NCBI GenBank assembly: GCA_046583355.1 | Contig: JAYGCM010000063.1 | Coordinates: 1-64,000 of the forward strand | Direction of reading: 5' to 3' | DNA length: 64,000 nucleotides | Source: Deltaproteobacteria bacterium | GTDB taxonomy: Bacteria > Desulfobacterota > Binatia > UBA12015 | Shown: positions 29,913 through 40,549 of the stretch, in pieces | How positions within the stretch are numbered: the stretch's first letter is position 1 | How the letters are laid out: each line of letters starts with the position of its first letter | The notes under the pieces: generated by a model | What the model was told of the DNA's origin: nothing | Database searches by the model: none | Seen by the model: the letters and a program-made list of their open reading frames with translations, nothing else | Made by a program: the position numbers and the translations under genes

Positions 29913-31254
29913 CGGCGTAAGCGTCTCCGCTGACCGGGTTGAAGTTCCGGTAATCCACCTTGAGGACCACCTGCGGGATCGGCTTGTAGTTGAGGCCGAC
30001 AGCCCAGATGCGTTCCTTATATTTGTTATTGTCAGTATAGCCATCCGCGACTTTCCGCTGCGTGTTCACGTACTCATAACGAAAGAAGGGCAGCAGTTGC
30101 TGATCCGTATCCGAGAGCAGGAAGGGCATCACGTCATAGCCGACCTCGGCGTATATGCCGAGCATCTCTTTTGCCACGACCTCGTCTTCGCCGATATCGC
30201 CGATCGCACGCAAGGCCTCGGTAAGCTCGGCCGAGTTGCCCAGCCACGACATCGCGAGCTCGGAGCGCAGCTCCAGCTGACGCCAGATATAATGCGCATG
30301 GATCTCCCAGATGGTCGCGCGGGCGTCGGGCAGATCCACGCTATCAATGATCTGGTTCTGGCCCGTATTGCCCGTGAAGACCGACGTTCCCAGGATCAAG
30401 CCATCGATCGGCTTGATATCGGTGCGGCCGACAAAGGCCCAGTTCTCGGCCAGCGCCTTGCTGCCCTTCTGACGGCCGCCGCGGAAGCCCTTGGCCGAGA
30501 AACCGGCGCCATTGAGCGAGCCGATCGCGTAGATGCGGTAGTCGATCCGGTCGCCGAACTCACCAAAGATACCGGCGCCATTCTCGCGCCAGGTGGTCGG
30601 AATGATCCGCTTGTCGACCTCGGGCCGGTCCACACCAAAGAACGACACCGGCTCATGCATTTCGTTGATGATGCCCATCGGCACCAGCAACAAGCCGGCG
30701 CGGGCGTTGATATTCTCGTGCAAGAAAAAGTCGAGGTAGGCGAACTCGACCGAGGCCGAACCCTTCTGGGAGGTCGAGGCGTGCTCGAATTCGATCTCGG
30801 TATTCAGGACAATCCAGTCGTTGAATTTGTAGCCCAGATAAAGAACCATGCGCTGCATATCGCTGCGCGCGACACGCCCGTCGGTGTTCTTCGCTGGTTG
30901 GCGCAAGACAGCCTCGCCGTAGCCGCCAATCGAGAGTCCCTGCTCCTTGCTGTAGACCTTCGAGCCTGCCGGCGCGAAGCCGTGATGGCTCGTCAACTCG
31001 ATTTCCTCGGGAATCGTGATGGCGTTCTTCAGCACCTCGACGGCATCGGCGAGCACATAGGTCTGATGCTCGGCCTTGCCCTGGGCGGCTTCGTGGGCCT
31101 TGCCTGCCTCTTTCAGCTCCGCGACCTGCTCCTGCATCGCGCCGAGCTGTTTTTCCAGGTTGCGGATCTGCTGATCCGCGTCCGCGCGCGCGGCCAACGG
31201 CGCCAGTAGGATTGCCATGCCGGCCACAGCCAGCAGCGATTTCCATGCTCTCAT
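29881..31254 (-). CDS. Outer-membrane porin with N-terminal coiled coil
   Basis: Signal peptide, coiled coil, IGGYGE, RMVLYLGYKF, EIEFEH, INEMHEP, IIPTTWRENG, terminal GIGFIF. Confidence 0.85.
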   Translation of the reverse strand: MRAWKSLLAVAGMAILLAPLAARADADQQIRNLEKQLGAMQEQVAELKEAGKAHEAAQGKAEHQTYVLADAVEVLKNAITIPEEIELTSHHGFAPAGSKVYSKEQGLSIGGYGEAVLRQPAKNTDGRVARSDMQRMVLYLGYKFNDWIVLNTEIEFEHASTSQKGSASVEFAYLDFFLHENINARAGLLLVPMGIINEMHEPVSFFGVDRPEVDKRIIPTTWRENGAGIFGEFGDRIDYRIYAIGSLNGAGFSAKGFRGGRQKGSKALAENWAFVGRTDIKPIDGLILGTSVFTGNTGQNQIIDSVDLPDARATIWEIHAHYIWRQLELRSELAMSWLGNSAELTEALRAIGDIGEDEVVAKEMLGIYAEVGYDVMPFLLSDTDQQLLPFFRYEYVNTQRKVADGYTDNNKYKERIWAVGLNYKPIPQVVLKVDYRNFNPVSGDAYADVNFGIGFIF

Positions 31255-31341
31255 CTCTCAAACTCCTCTTGGCCGGGGGAACCGCCGCGCCGAGCCCCAT
31301 GCGGGTCGCTGCGATAGGCGAGATTTCCGCCGGCCTCCCGT

Positions 31342-31360
31342 ATTGAAAACGATTATCAAT
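31342..31360 (-). promoter_or_regulatory. Fur box
   Basis: Minus strand ATTGATAATCGTTTTCAAT matches the 7-1-7 TGATAAT-n-ATTATCA with 2 mismatches; about 90 bp upstream of the porin start and next to fur. Confidence 0.82.
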
Positions 31361-31472
31361 TTCGTTGTCAAGGCCCAACCCAAGAGAACTTCAGCGGCCA
31401 GCCTGTAAGGAGCCGGTCTGCGCAAATAGGGTGGCGCCCAGTGGCAGCCCTGTTTCCAGGCCGCAGGGCTAC

Positions 31473-31931
31473 TTATTCAGGGCGCGAGGCGGGCGCTTCG
31501 CGGCACTTCCGGCAGATGCCGTAGAGTTCCATACGGTGGCTCGAGAGGACAAAACCGAGCCGTTTGGCGATATCGTCCTGCAATCGCTCCAGCTCTTCGT
31601 CGTTGAATTCGACAATCGTTCCGCAGCGGTCGCAGAGGATATGGTCGTGGTGCTCCTCGGCATCCGCATTTTCGTAGCGCGTCTGGCCGTCGGCGAAATG
31701 CCGCTCCTCGGCGAACTCGCACTCCTTCAGGAGCTTCATGGTTCGGTAGACAGTCGCGTAGCCGACCCCCGGATTCACCTGGCGCACCTCGCCGTAGAGG
31801 TCGTCGATGCTGAGGTGGCGGCGGCTGGCAAAGAAGGTGCGCGCGATATCATCGCGCTGCGATGTGGTCTTGAGCCCCTTTTCCTTCAGCGCACGCCGGA
31901 AGGCAATGAAGCGCTCCTCGCCTGATTCCAT
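31473..31931 (-). CDS. fur: Fur-family transcriptional regulator
   Basis: GLKTTSQR, HLS, ATVYRT, HHDHILCDRCG, YGICRKC. Confidence 0.93.
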   Translation of the reverse strand: MESGEERFIAFRRALKEKGLKTTSQRDDIARTFFASRRHLSIDDLYGEVRQVNPGVGYATVYRTMKLLKECEFAEERHFADGQTRYENADAEEHHDHILCDRCGTIVEFNDEELERLQDDIAKRLGFVLSSHRMELYGICRKCREAPASRPE

Positions 31932-31936
31932 CGCTC

Positions 31937-32260
31937 CTAGGCTTCCGCGAGCAGCCGGCGCGTATCATCGGTGAGAGGAGCCTGGCTGAGATCACGGCCG
32001 GCAAGAACCCCAACGATCAGGTCGACCTGCACTTGCGGTGCAAGGTCGCTCTCAAGCAGAAGCACTTCCTCGCCCGAGACGCGGCATAGGCCGCTGCGCA
32101 CCGAGTAGCCAACCTCACGCTTGAGGCGCTCACGGCGCACCCGAATCCCGACGGCTGCGGCGACGTCCTTCAACTCGCGCACCAACGCTTCCAGCTTTTC
32201 GTCGCGGCGCCCCGTGCGGCCTCTGCGTGGCCCCGCCACTGCTACCGGCTTCTTGCGCAT
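31937..32260 (-). CDS. Conserved-looking hypothetical protein
   Basis: GIRVRRERL...SGLCRVSGE; ends 5 bp before fur; start approximate. Confidence 0.65.
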   Translation of the reverse strand: MRKKPVAVAGPRRGRTGRRDEKLEALVRELKDVAAAVGIRVRRERLKREVGYSVRSGLCRVSGEEVLLLESDLAPQVQVDLIVGVLAGRDLSQAPLTDDTRRLLAEA

Positions 32261-32365
32261 CCCATGCCTCGCCTTCATCACCATCCACATTGCGATTATC
32301 GAGCACCGCGGCTCTTGTAAAGCCCCGGCGACTCGGGAAAAATGAGGGCCGAGGGGAGAATCGCG

Positions 32366-33202
32366 ATGATCAAGACGATTCTGGTTGGAATTGACGGCTC
32401 GGAACATTCCCGAGCGGCCGAAGATTACGCCATCTGGCTAGCGGGGAAACTGGGCGCGACCCTCACCGGCATGCACGTCGTGGATATCGTCGCGATCGAG
32501 GGCTCCTTCTTCCATGATATCTCGGGCTCGCTCGGCTTCGAGCCCTATCTCGACTTCACCTCGAAGATGCGCGAGGCATTGCAAGCGCGCGGCAACTCGC
32601 TGCTCGAGGATTTCTCCGCCCGCTGCGAGGCTCGCGAGCGCCCCTCCCATACCGCGCTGCAGATCGGAATCGTGCCCACCGAGCTGGCCGAGCGCGCCCG
32701 CGAGAGTGACCTCGTGGTGATCGGCCACCGCGGCGTGAACCACAAATTCTCAGCCGGGATGCTCGGCGGGGTCGCCGAAAACCTGATCCGCCAATGCACC
32801 AAGCCTGTGCTCGTCACGCCGCAGAAATTCAAGCCGATCGAGTCCCCATTACTCGCCTATGATGGCAGCGAACGGGCCAGTGCCGCGATGGATGCGGCCG
32901 CGGCCGTGTGCAGCGAGCTAGGACTCGGCCTTGAGGTTCTGACCGTCGGCACCGACGCCGACAAAACCGCCGAGATCACCGCGGCCGCCGAGCGTTACCT
33001 CAGCTCCTACGCCCTCAAGCTCGAGACGCGCACCATCGACGGCCAAGCCTACGAGGCGATCCCCAAGCGGGTCAGCGAAGCGGGCCACGACCTGGTCTTC
33101 ATGGGCTCGCATGGTCACAGTCGTATCATCGAGTTCGTCCTCGGCAGCACCACCGAGTACGTCCTGCGCAATATCGCCTGCCCGGTATTTCTCAGCCGCT
33201 GA
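32366..33202 (+). CDS. Universal stress protein (tandem USP domains)
   Basis: ILVGIDGSEHS, DLVVIGHRG, LLAYDGS, LVFMGSHG, LGSTTEYVL. Confidence 0.92.
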   Translation: MIKTILVGIDGSEHSRAAEDYAIWLAGKLGATLTGMHVVDIVAIEGSFFHDISGSLGFEPYLDFTSKMREALQARGNSLLEDFSARCEARERPSHTALQIGIVPTELAERARESDLVVIGHRGVNHKFSAGMLGGVAENLIRQCTKPVLVTPQKFKPIESPLLAYDGSERASAAMDAAAAVCSELGLGLEVLTVGTDADKTAEITAAAERYLSSYALKLETRTIDGQAYEAIPKRVSEAGHDLVFMGSHGHSRIIEFVLGSTTEYVLRNIACPVFLSR

Positions 33203-33264
33203 ACCCCGGCCCGAGAGCAAGGCCGGAGGCGAGGCCCGAGAGCAGGGCTTGCGGCAGCGGCCTA

Positions 33265-33957
33265 TTATTGGGCCGCAGGATCGGCTTCGGAGGCCGCGGC
33301 GGATTCCGCCGGGGTTTCCGGTTCGGCAGCGGACGCCACCTCAGGCTTGGATGCAGACGCCGCCTCTGGCTTGGATGCCGCAGCGGCTGCAGTCGAAGAC
33401 CCCGGCGCCTCGCCACCCTGAGAGAGCATCGCGCGGATGCGCTCCTCGATCTCCTTCATGGCCGTCTCCAGCCGCTCGAGCTCGGAGCCGATACCGGTCG
33501 CGTCGCGGAAGCGGTCGAAGGATTCTTTGACGCCCTCATCGATTCGCGTCTGCAGGTCGTCGAGGCTCTTACGTGAGCGCTCAATCGTGTCGAGGAAAGC
33601 ATCGCGGCGCGAGGCTCCCTCGTTGACCAGCGCGCTCACCCGCTCTTCGGCTTTCGCACGGAAATCGTCGATCACCTCAGTTGCCTGCCGGGTGGCATCG
33701 GCGATCGCGTCGCCACTGCCACGGACCAGATCGCGCAGAAGCGGCAGCGACACGAAGCTGCGCTTCTGGCGTTCATCCTCAAGAATGATCTGCGCCAGCG
33801 TCACCGCCGTGAGGTCCTCGCCAGAGACGTTCTCGATGACCTGGACCTCCTCGCCCGCACGGACGAAGCCAGCGACATCATCCAGCGAGACGTAACGGCT
33901 AGTCGCCGTGTCATAGAGTTTGCGATTTGTATAGCGTTTCACGACGCGCGGCATCAT
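33265..33957 (-). CDS. PhaR-like PHA-regulator DNA-binding domain protein
   Basis: KRYTNRKLYDTATSRYVSL, GEDLTAVTLAQI; coiled-coil middle; Ala/Ser/Pro/Glu tail. Confidence 0.85.
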   Translation of the reverse strand: MMPRVVKRYTNRKLYDTATSRYVSLDDVAGFVRAGEEVQVIENVSGEDLTAVTLAQIILEDERQKRSFVSLPLLRDLVRGSGDAIADATRQATEVIDDFRAKAEERVSALVNEGASRRDAFLDTIERSRKSLDDLQTRIDEGVKESFDRFRDATGIGSELERLETAMKEIEERIRAMLSQGGEAPGSSTAAAAASKPEAASASKPEVASAAEPETPAESAAASEADPAAQ

Positions 33958-34106
33958 ACACGGCTAGCAGGGGCGCCAAGCCGAGGCCAACCCATTGCGG
34001 GGCGGCCGGCCGGAGGCTCGCTATGACGAATCGGACGCGAGCGGATAGCATCTCACAAATCGCTCTCCGGCTCGCAGACCGAGAAGACGCCAAACCACAC
34101 AGAAGC

Positions 34107-34139
34107 GTCACAATTTTGCCGGATCGTCAAAATTGTACG
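34107..34139. promoter_or_regulatory. Two GTCA-type boxes forming a 9-bp inverted repeat (FleQ-box-like)
   Basis: GTCACAATTTTGCC at 34107-34120 and GTCAAAATTGTACG at 34126-34139; ACAATTTTG/CAAAATTGT is a perfect inverted repeat. Confidence 0.5.
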
Positions 34140-34167
34140 GGTTTCCCCCAGAATGCACGGAGTCTGC

Positions 34168-34226
34168 TCGGTAAAAACCCCTACAGCATAGGTCTTATAC
34201 CCTATTCGACTAGGGGTTTATACCTA
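34168..34226. promoter_or_regulatory. Three phased 16-bp TAGG-N8-CCTA boxes
   Basis: TCGGTAAAAACCCCTA (34168), TAGGTCTTATACCCTA (34189), TAGGGGTTTATACCTA (34211); starts 21 and 22 bp apart. Confidence 0.6.
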
Positions 34227-34336
34227 TCCCCAATTTTCCTGGTTCAGCGCTCTATATGGCGCAATCCTTGCTTTTCCTCTGTACATCGCCTGCCATTGGC
34301 GGCCAGCGCTTGAGAATCCGAGGGGGACATTCGAAT

Positions 34337-35401
34337 ATGAGTCAGCATGATCAGGATACGGTAGCCGCAGGAAGCAAATGGGCGGAGCAACTCGGCCTCA
34401 TCGGGTGTCACCCCAAGATGCAGCGGGTCTTCGAGTTGATCCGTCGCGTCGGTCCCTCCACCGCGCCCGTTTTAATCACCGGCGAAAGCGGCACCGGCAA
34501 GGAGTTGGTGGCGCGTGCCCTGCATGCCTGCTCCAGACGCCAGCGCAAGCATCTGGTTCCAGTCCATTGTGGTGCCACTCCCGAAGAACTCCTGGAGAGC
34601 GAACTCTTTGGTCATGTGAAGGGGGCCTTTACCGGCGCCCTCGCCACGCGCACCGGCCGCTTTGAAATGGCCAACGGCGGCTCGATCTTCCTGGACGAAA
34701 TCGGCGAGATGAGTCCGAGCTTCCAGGTGAAGCTGCTGCGCGTACTCGAAGATGGTAATTTCGACCCGGTCGGCACGACTATATCGCACCATAGCGATGC
34801 GCGCGTCATTGCCGCGACCCACCGCAACCTGCACAAGATGGCCGCCGAGGGCGATTTCCGCGACGACCTGCTCTACCGTCTCGACGTCATCACGATTCAT
34901 ATTCCCGCCCTACGCGAGCATAGCTCGGATATCCCCGCGATCGCCCGGCATATTCTGCGCGGCCTCGAAGCGGATAAGGGAATGGACCATGGCGAGCTGA
35001 CCGACGAAGCAGCCGACCTATTGCAGGCTTATAGCTGGCCCGGCAATGTCCGGGAGCTGCGCAATGTGCTCGAGCGCGCGGTACTGCTCTGCGAAGTACA
35101 GGGCACGCTCGCGGCTTGTGACCTACCCGACCATATAGCCACCGCCTGCCCGACAAACGGCGCTTCGATGGCCAAACGCGCCCTGCGACTCGACCCCGAG
35201 CCGTGGGATTTTGGTCCGGAAGGCGCCGATTTCTACACCGAGCTCGAAGGCTTCGAGAAACGCATGATCGCCCAGGCATTGCGCCTCGCCGGCGGTAGCA
35301 AACGCGAAGCGGCTCGCCTTCTTCAGGTCAACCGCACCACGCTCCTGGAGAAGCTCAAACGCCGTGGCTGGAACTCCGAGCAGCTCATCCAGGCAGCCTA
35401 G
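34337..35401 (+). CDS. Sigma-54 enhancer-binding protein without N-terminal sensor (FleQ/FlrA-like C-terminus)
   Basis: GESGTGKE, ESELFGHVKGAFTGA, FLDEIGE, WPGNVREL, HTH AARLLQVNRTTLLEKLK. Confidence 0.92.
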   Translation: MSQHDQDTVAAGSKWAEQLGLIGCHPKMQRVFELIRRVGPSTAPVLITGESGTGKELVARALHACSRRQRKHLVPVHCGATPEELLESELFGHVKGAFTGALATRTGRFEMANGGSIFLDEIGEMSPSFQVKLLRVLEDGNFDPVGTTISHHSDARVIAATHRNLHKMAAEGDFRDDLLYRLDVITIHIPALREHSSDIPAIARHILRGLEADKGMDHGELTDEAADLLQAYSWPGNVRELRNVLERAVLLCEVQGTLAACDLPDHIATACPTNGASMAKRALRLDPEPWDFGPEGADFYTELEGFEKRMIAQALRLAGGSKREAARLLQVNRTTLLEKLKRRGWNSEQLIQAA

Positions 35402-35592
35402 AGGCGCGGCCGAAAAGTAGGGCTTTGCACAGAGGGCGTCGATTGCGGCCGCTGGCAAGGAAGGCGACCGAGCAATGGCCGTAGCCATTGGGAGAGAGCG
35501 TGACGCAGTCCAGCGGCCGCAAGCGGCGCCCGGATGCAGGCCTACTTTTCGGCCGGGCCTCTAGGGGCGCGGCCGAAAAGCAGGGCCTCTAG
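35398..35592. mobile_element. MITE-like element plus a truncated second copy
   Basis: CTAGAGGCGCGGCCGAAAAGTAGG (35398) and CCTACTTTTCGGCCGGGCCTCTAG (35541-35564) form a 24-bp inverted repeat with 1 mismatch; a third end follows at 35561-35592, closed by CTAG. Confidence 0.72.
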
Positions 35593-35610
35593 CCAGCTTC
35601 GGGCGGTCGC

Positions 35611-36654
35611 CTACCACTGATCCGGAAATCCGGTGAAGAGGCTGGGGATCCGCTGTAGGTCCTGGATCAGCTCACGCTGCTCGCCGTCCGGAATCCCGTG
35701 CATCTCCAAGGTCGTACTATCGGTGATGCCCCCGTAGCGGGCGGCGAATTTCGCCGGCAATTCCTCGTAACGGCCGGTCACGGTGAAGGCCTCGAGCACA
35801 TCGTCGGGGATCTCGGCGGCCATCTGCTTCCACTGGCCCTCCTTCGACATCGCATGCAGCTTCATGCCGAGATCCTCCCAGCCGTGGATCTCCAGCACCG
35901 GATGATAACTGCGGGTCGAGCCGTAGAAAGCGACGCGGTAGCGGACCGACTCACGGGCCTTGGCAACAGCCGCATCGTCTTTGCCGGTGGCGAGGAAACC
36001 GCCGCCCCAAACCTCGAAGGTCGAGCGCTCGCGACCGGCAAGCGCCAGCCCTTCGAGTACTTTCGGCATCGCCACCTCATCGACGTACTTCTTGGTCGCA
36101 AAACCGTGCAGGCGAACGCCATCGCAGACACGACCGGCGAGTTTGAGCATCGCGGGCCGCACCGCCGCAATGGTCACAGGGATCGGTGGCAGACCCGAGG
36201 GGGGCGGCATGAACTCCGGGGTCATCAGGGTGAATTGATAATGCTCACCGCGAAAATCGAGCTTTTCTTTTTTCTCCCAGCATCGCCAGATCGCGCGCAA
36301 AGCCTGGACATATTCCCGCATTCGCGGCAGCGGCGGCGTCCAGGGGACGCTGAAGCGGCGCTCATTATGCCCCTTCACCTGGGTTCCCAACCCGAGTGTG
36401 AAACGCCCGCCGGAGTTCGTATGCAGATCCCAGGCGGTATTCGCCACGACCATCGGGCTACGCGGAAAACAGACCGCAATCGCTGTGCCGAGGCGGATTT
36501 TCTCGGTCGCCAGCACGGCTGGAATCAGCGGGGCAAAGGGATCATTGGTGATCTCGAAGCTGAGCAGGCCGTCGTAGCCAAGCGCCTCGGCCCGCACAGC
36601 GGCCGGTGCGACCTTGCGCCAATCGGTGATGGGAACTCCCGTTTCGATCTTCAT
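35611..36654 (-). CDS. LLM-class, probably F420-dependent, oxidoreductase
   Basis: EITNDPF, TAIAVCFPRSP, GRFTLGLGTQVKGHNERRF, FYGSTRSY. Confidence 0.88.
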   Translation of the reverse strand: MKIETGVPITDWRKVAPAAVRAEALGYDGLLSFEITNDPFAPLIPAVLATEKIRLGTAIAVCFPRSPMVVANTAWDLHTNSGGRFTLGLGTQVKGHNERRFSVPWTPPLPRMREYVQALRAIWRCWEKKEKLDFRGEHYQFTLMTPEFMPPPSGLPPIPVTIAAVRPAMLKLAGRVCDGVRLHGFATKKYVDEVAMPKVLEGLALAGRERSTFEVWGGGFLATGKDDAAVAKARESVRYRVAFYGSTRSYHPVLEIHGWEDLGMKLHAMSKEGQWKQMAAEIPDDVLEAFTVTGRYEELPAKFAARYGGITDSTTLEMHGIPDGEQRELIQDLQRIPSLFTGFPDQW

Positions 36655-36803
36655 ATGCCGTGTTCTGGCATGTCACGACGCGCAGAAAAAGCGCCTCGGT
36701 ATCAGCCGGCGCCATGCCGCGCTCGCCTGATGCCGGGCCATAGCCTCGCGAAGCGGCCGGCCGATAGTTGCGCCCTGTGCCGCTTTCTGTCGTAAATTCC
36801 TTT

Positions 36804-37544
36804 GTGATTCGCACGTCATTTGTCGCCTTCACCCTCCTTTTGGCAAGCCTGCTTCTGGTCGCCTCCGGACCGGGAGTCGCCGACGCACAATTCGGTGGAA
36901 GTGCCGGGGCCTCCGGCCCCGGCGGAGTCGGCGCACAGCCCGGTGGTGGTGGTGGCGGTGGCCGTGACGACCTGACCGAGGAAATGGGCGGCGAATTGCA
37001 AAACGAAGACCCTGCCGTGCGGCTCTTTGCGGTCAAGCAACTCGCGATCTCCAAAGACGAAAATGCCGTTCGATATTTGATCGAAGCCTGCTCGGATACC
37101 GACACGCGCGTACGCCTCAAGGCAATCGACTCACTCGGCACCATGCGCGCCAACGGTGCCACGCCATCGCTCGTACAGATTCTCTATTTGCGCGAAAGCG
37201 AGCCGTGGCTGAAGCAGCGCGTGCTGGTCGCCCTCGGCAAAATCGGCGACGGTCGAGCCGCACGCCCGATCGCCGACCTGATGTCACGCGAGACCGACCT
37301 GCATACCGTCGGCACGGCGATCTTCGCTTTGGGTGAGATCGGCGAAACCACCAGCATTGAACGGCTCGAGGCGATGGCCGAGAAATCCGATAACCCCACC
37401 ATCGACCGCATCGCCGGCGACGCCGTGGCCAAGATCAACCGCCGCAAAATCAACCCGGAAATTGAAATTCTGGCATTGCGGCCCGACCCCAACGAAGTAC
37501 AGCGTCCGGCTTCGGCCGGCGTCGGCAGCCCGCTGGCCTACTAG
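36804..37544 (+). CDS. Exported HEAT-repeat protein
   Basis: Signal peptide, Gly-rich linker, repeats VRLFAVKQL / [10 protein letters not shown] / VLVALGKIG / AIFALGEIG. Confidence 0.8.
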   Translation: MIRTSFVAFTLLLASLLLVASGPGVADAQFGGSAGASGPGGVGAQPGGGGGGGRDDLTEEMGGELQNEDPAVRLFAVKQLAISKDENAVRYLIEACSDTDTRVRLKAIDSLGTMRANGATPSLVQILYLRESEPWLKQRVLVALGKIGDGRAARPIADLMSRETDLHTVGTAIFALGEIGETTSIERLEAMAEKSDNPTIDRIAGDAVAKINRRKINPEIEILALRPDPNEVQRPASAGVGSPLAY

Positions 37545-37564
37545 CGCACCAGAAAGGCCATCCA

Positions 37565-39148
<1,584 letters not shown>

Positions 39149-39149
39149 G

Positions 39150-39872
39150 ATGCCGCCGCGCCGACTCATGGCCGCCGCCTGCGCTGCGGCCTGGCTCGCC
39201 TTGCCAGCCGCCGCCAGAGCCGAGCGCTTGGGCTTCTGCAACCCCTGGTTTCCCACACCGGCCGGCGCGCGCTGGGAGTATGAAGAAACCTCGGGTGCCG
39301 GCCGCGCCCGCGCGGTGCGCAGCATCTCGGTCCATAAAGTCGAGAAAACAGCTACCGGCGAGCGAGCCGAGCTGCGCCAAACCGTGCGCGAAGCCAGCCG
39401 GCGCAGCCTCGCGCAGGCCTCGGGCTTGACGGAGTCCGATTGTGTCGCTGGGCGCATCACCCTGACGACCCGCGGCGCGGCCAAGGGCAAGGCCGGTGAC
39501 GCCGAGGCACGGGGACAGATTACCGCGCGCATCCCCGGCCTGCCGCCCGCAACCCAGCTTGTCGTGGGCAGCTCCTGGACCGCCACCAGCCGGATCGAGA
39601 CGACCGAAGGCAATACGCGCATCGTCATCGACGGGCAGCGCGAGAGCCGCGTTGTCTCGCAAGGCCCCGTCGAGGTGCCCGCGGGGAGCTTCGCCAAGGC
39701 AATTGAAATCCGGACACGACAAACACTTTCGCGCAAAGGGGCTGCGGCGGCACACCAGGAGATCCGCGAGTGGTATGTGCGTGGTGTCGGCCTGGTAAAG
39801 CGTGCGACCCGCGTCGCCGGCGGCATGCCCGATACGTCCACCCTCGAGACGCTGCGCCACTTTTCACGCTGA
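39150..39872 (+). CDS. Hypothetical exported beta-rich protein
   Basis: Signal peptide; CNPWFP...GARWEY, VEVPAGSF, EWYVRGVGLVK. Confidence 0.72.
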   Translation: MPPRRLMAAACAAAWLALPAAARAERLGFCNPWFPTPAGARWEYEETSGAGRARAVRSISVHKVEKTATGERAELRQTVREASRRSLAQASGLTESDCVAGRITLTTRGAAKGKAGDAEARGQITARIPGLPPATQLVVGSSWTATSRIETTEGNTRIVIDGQRESRVVSQGPVEVPAGSFAKAIEIRTRQTLSRKGAAAAHQEIREWYVRGVGLVKRATRVAGGMPDTSTLETLRHFSR

Positions 39873-39960
39873 GAAACCACCGCGGCCCGGCAACAAAGAC
39901 TTGCCTCGACGCCACCGCGGTCCTATTCTGGACGCGCACCGAGAAACGGATAGCGCAACC

Positions 39961-40464
39961 ATGGCAAGCGACCAGCAGGAAGACCCGCCCAAGCTCATCT
40001 ACATGAGCGAGCATACGCGCCGACGGCGGCGAAACGCGGCGTCCGGCGGTAACAACCCGAGCGAACTTGAGCGAGAAGCGCATTGGCTTGGCCGCGTACT
40101 TCTGGCGACTGCCACAGCGACGACGCTCTATTGGACGGCCTTTCTCCTCGGCATCACCCCGGCTGGCAGCGAAGAGGCCTGGCGCTGGAATGCGTCGATG
40201 TCCGTGGGACATCTCTTCCTCGCCGCGACGGCCGGTATCGGCGGAGCGGCGCTGCTGCGCGCGCCGCATAGCGGCGTCCTATGGGTCGCCTTTGCCGGCG
40301 GCGCAGCGGCCGTCCTCGCGCTCACCGGCTTGCTGCGCGGCCCGATCGCCGGTGAGTGGGCGGCCGTCTCGCGCCTCGAGGTTCTCACGCACGGCTTGCT
40401 TGCGGCTCTCGCCCTCTGGACCGGCTCCTTCCTCGTGCGCAGCGAACACAGCCGCAGCCGCTGA
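39961..40464 (+). CDS. Hypothetical membrane protein
   Basis: About four hydrophobic segments after a charged N-terminus. Confidence 0.62.
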   Translation: MASDQQEDPPKLIYMSEHTRRRRRNAASGGNNPSELEREAHWLGRVLLATATATTLYWTAFLLGITPAGSEEAWRWNASMSVGHLFLAATAGIGGAALLRAPHSGVLWVAFAGGAAAVLALTGLLRGPIAGEWAAVSRLEVLTHGLLAALALWTGSFLVRSEHSRSR

Positions 40465-40549
40465 CCCGAGCTTCTCGCCAGACGGCGGCTGCGCACGGAG
40501 GCTACGAGTCGACGTTTCGGGCGAGCACTTCGAATGGTAGGCCGAGAAG

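Noticed and set aside
35398..35592. Three repeat copies as a possible mini CRISPR array
   Set aside because: The copies are inverted and unevenly spaced, and no cas genes are present; a MITE fits better.
36900..36965. GGT/GGC triplet run
   Set aside because: An in-frame Gly linker of the HEAT protein, not a phase-variation tract.
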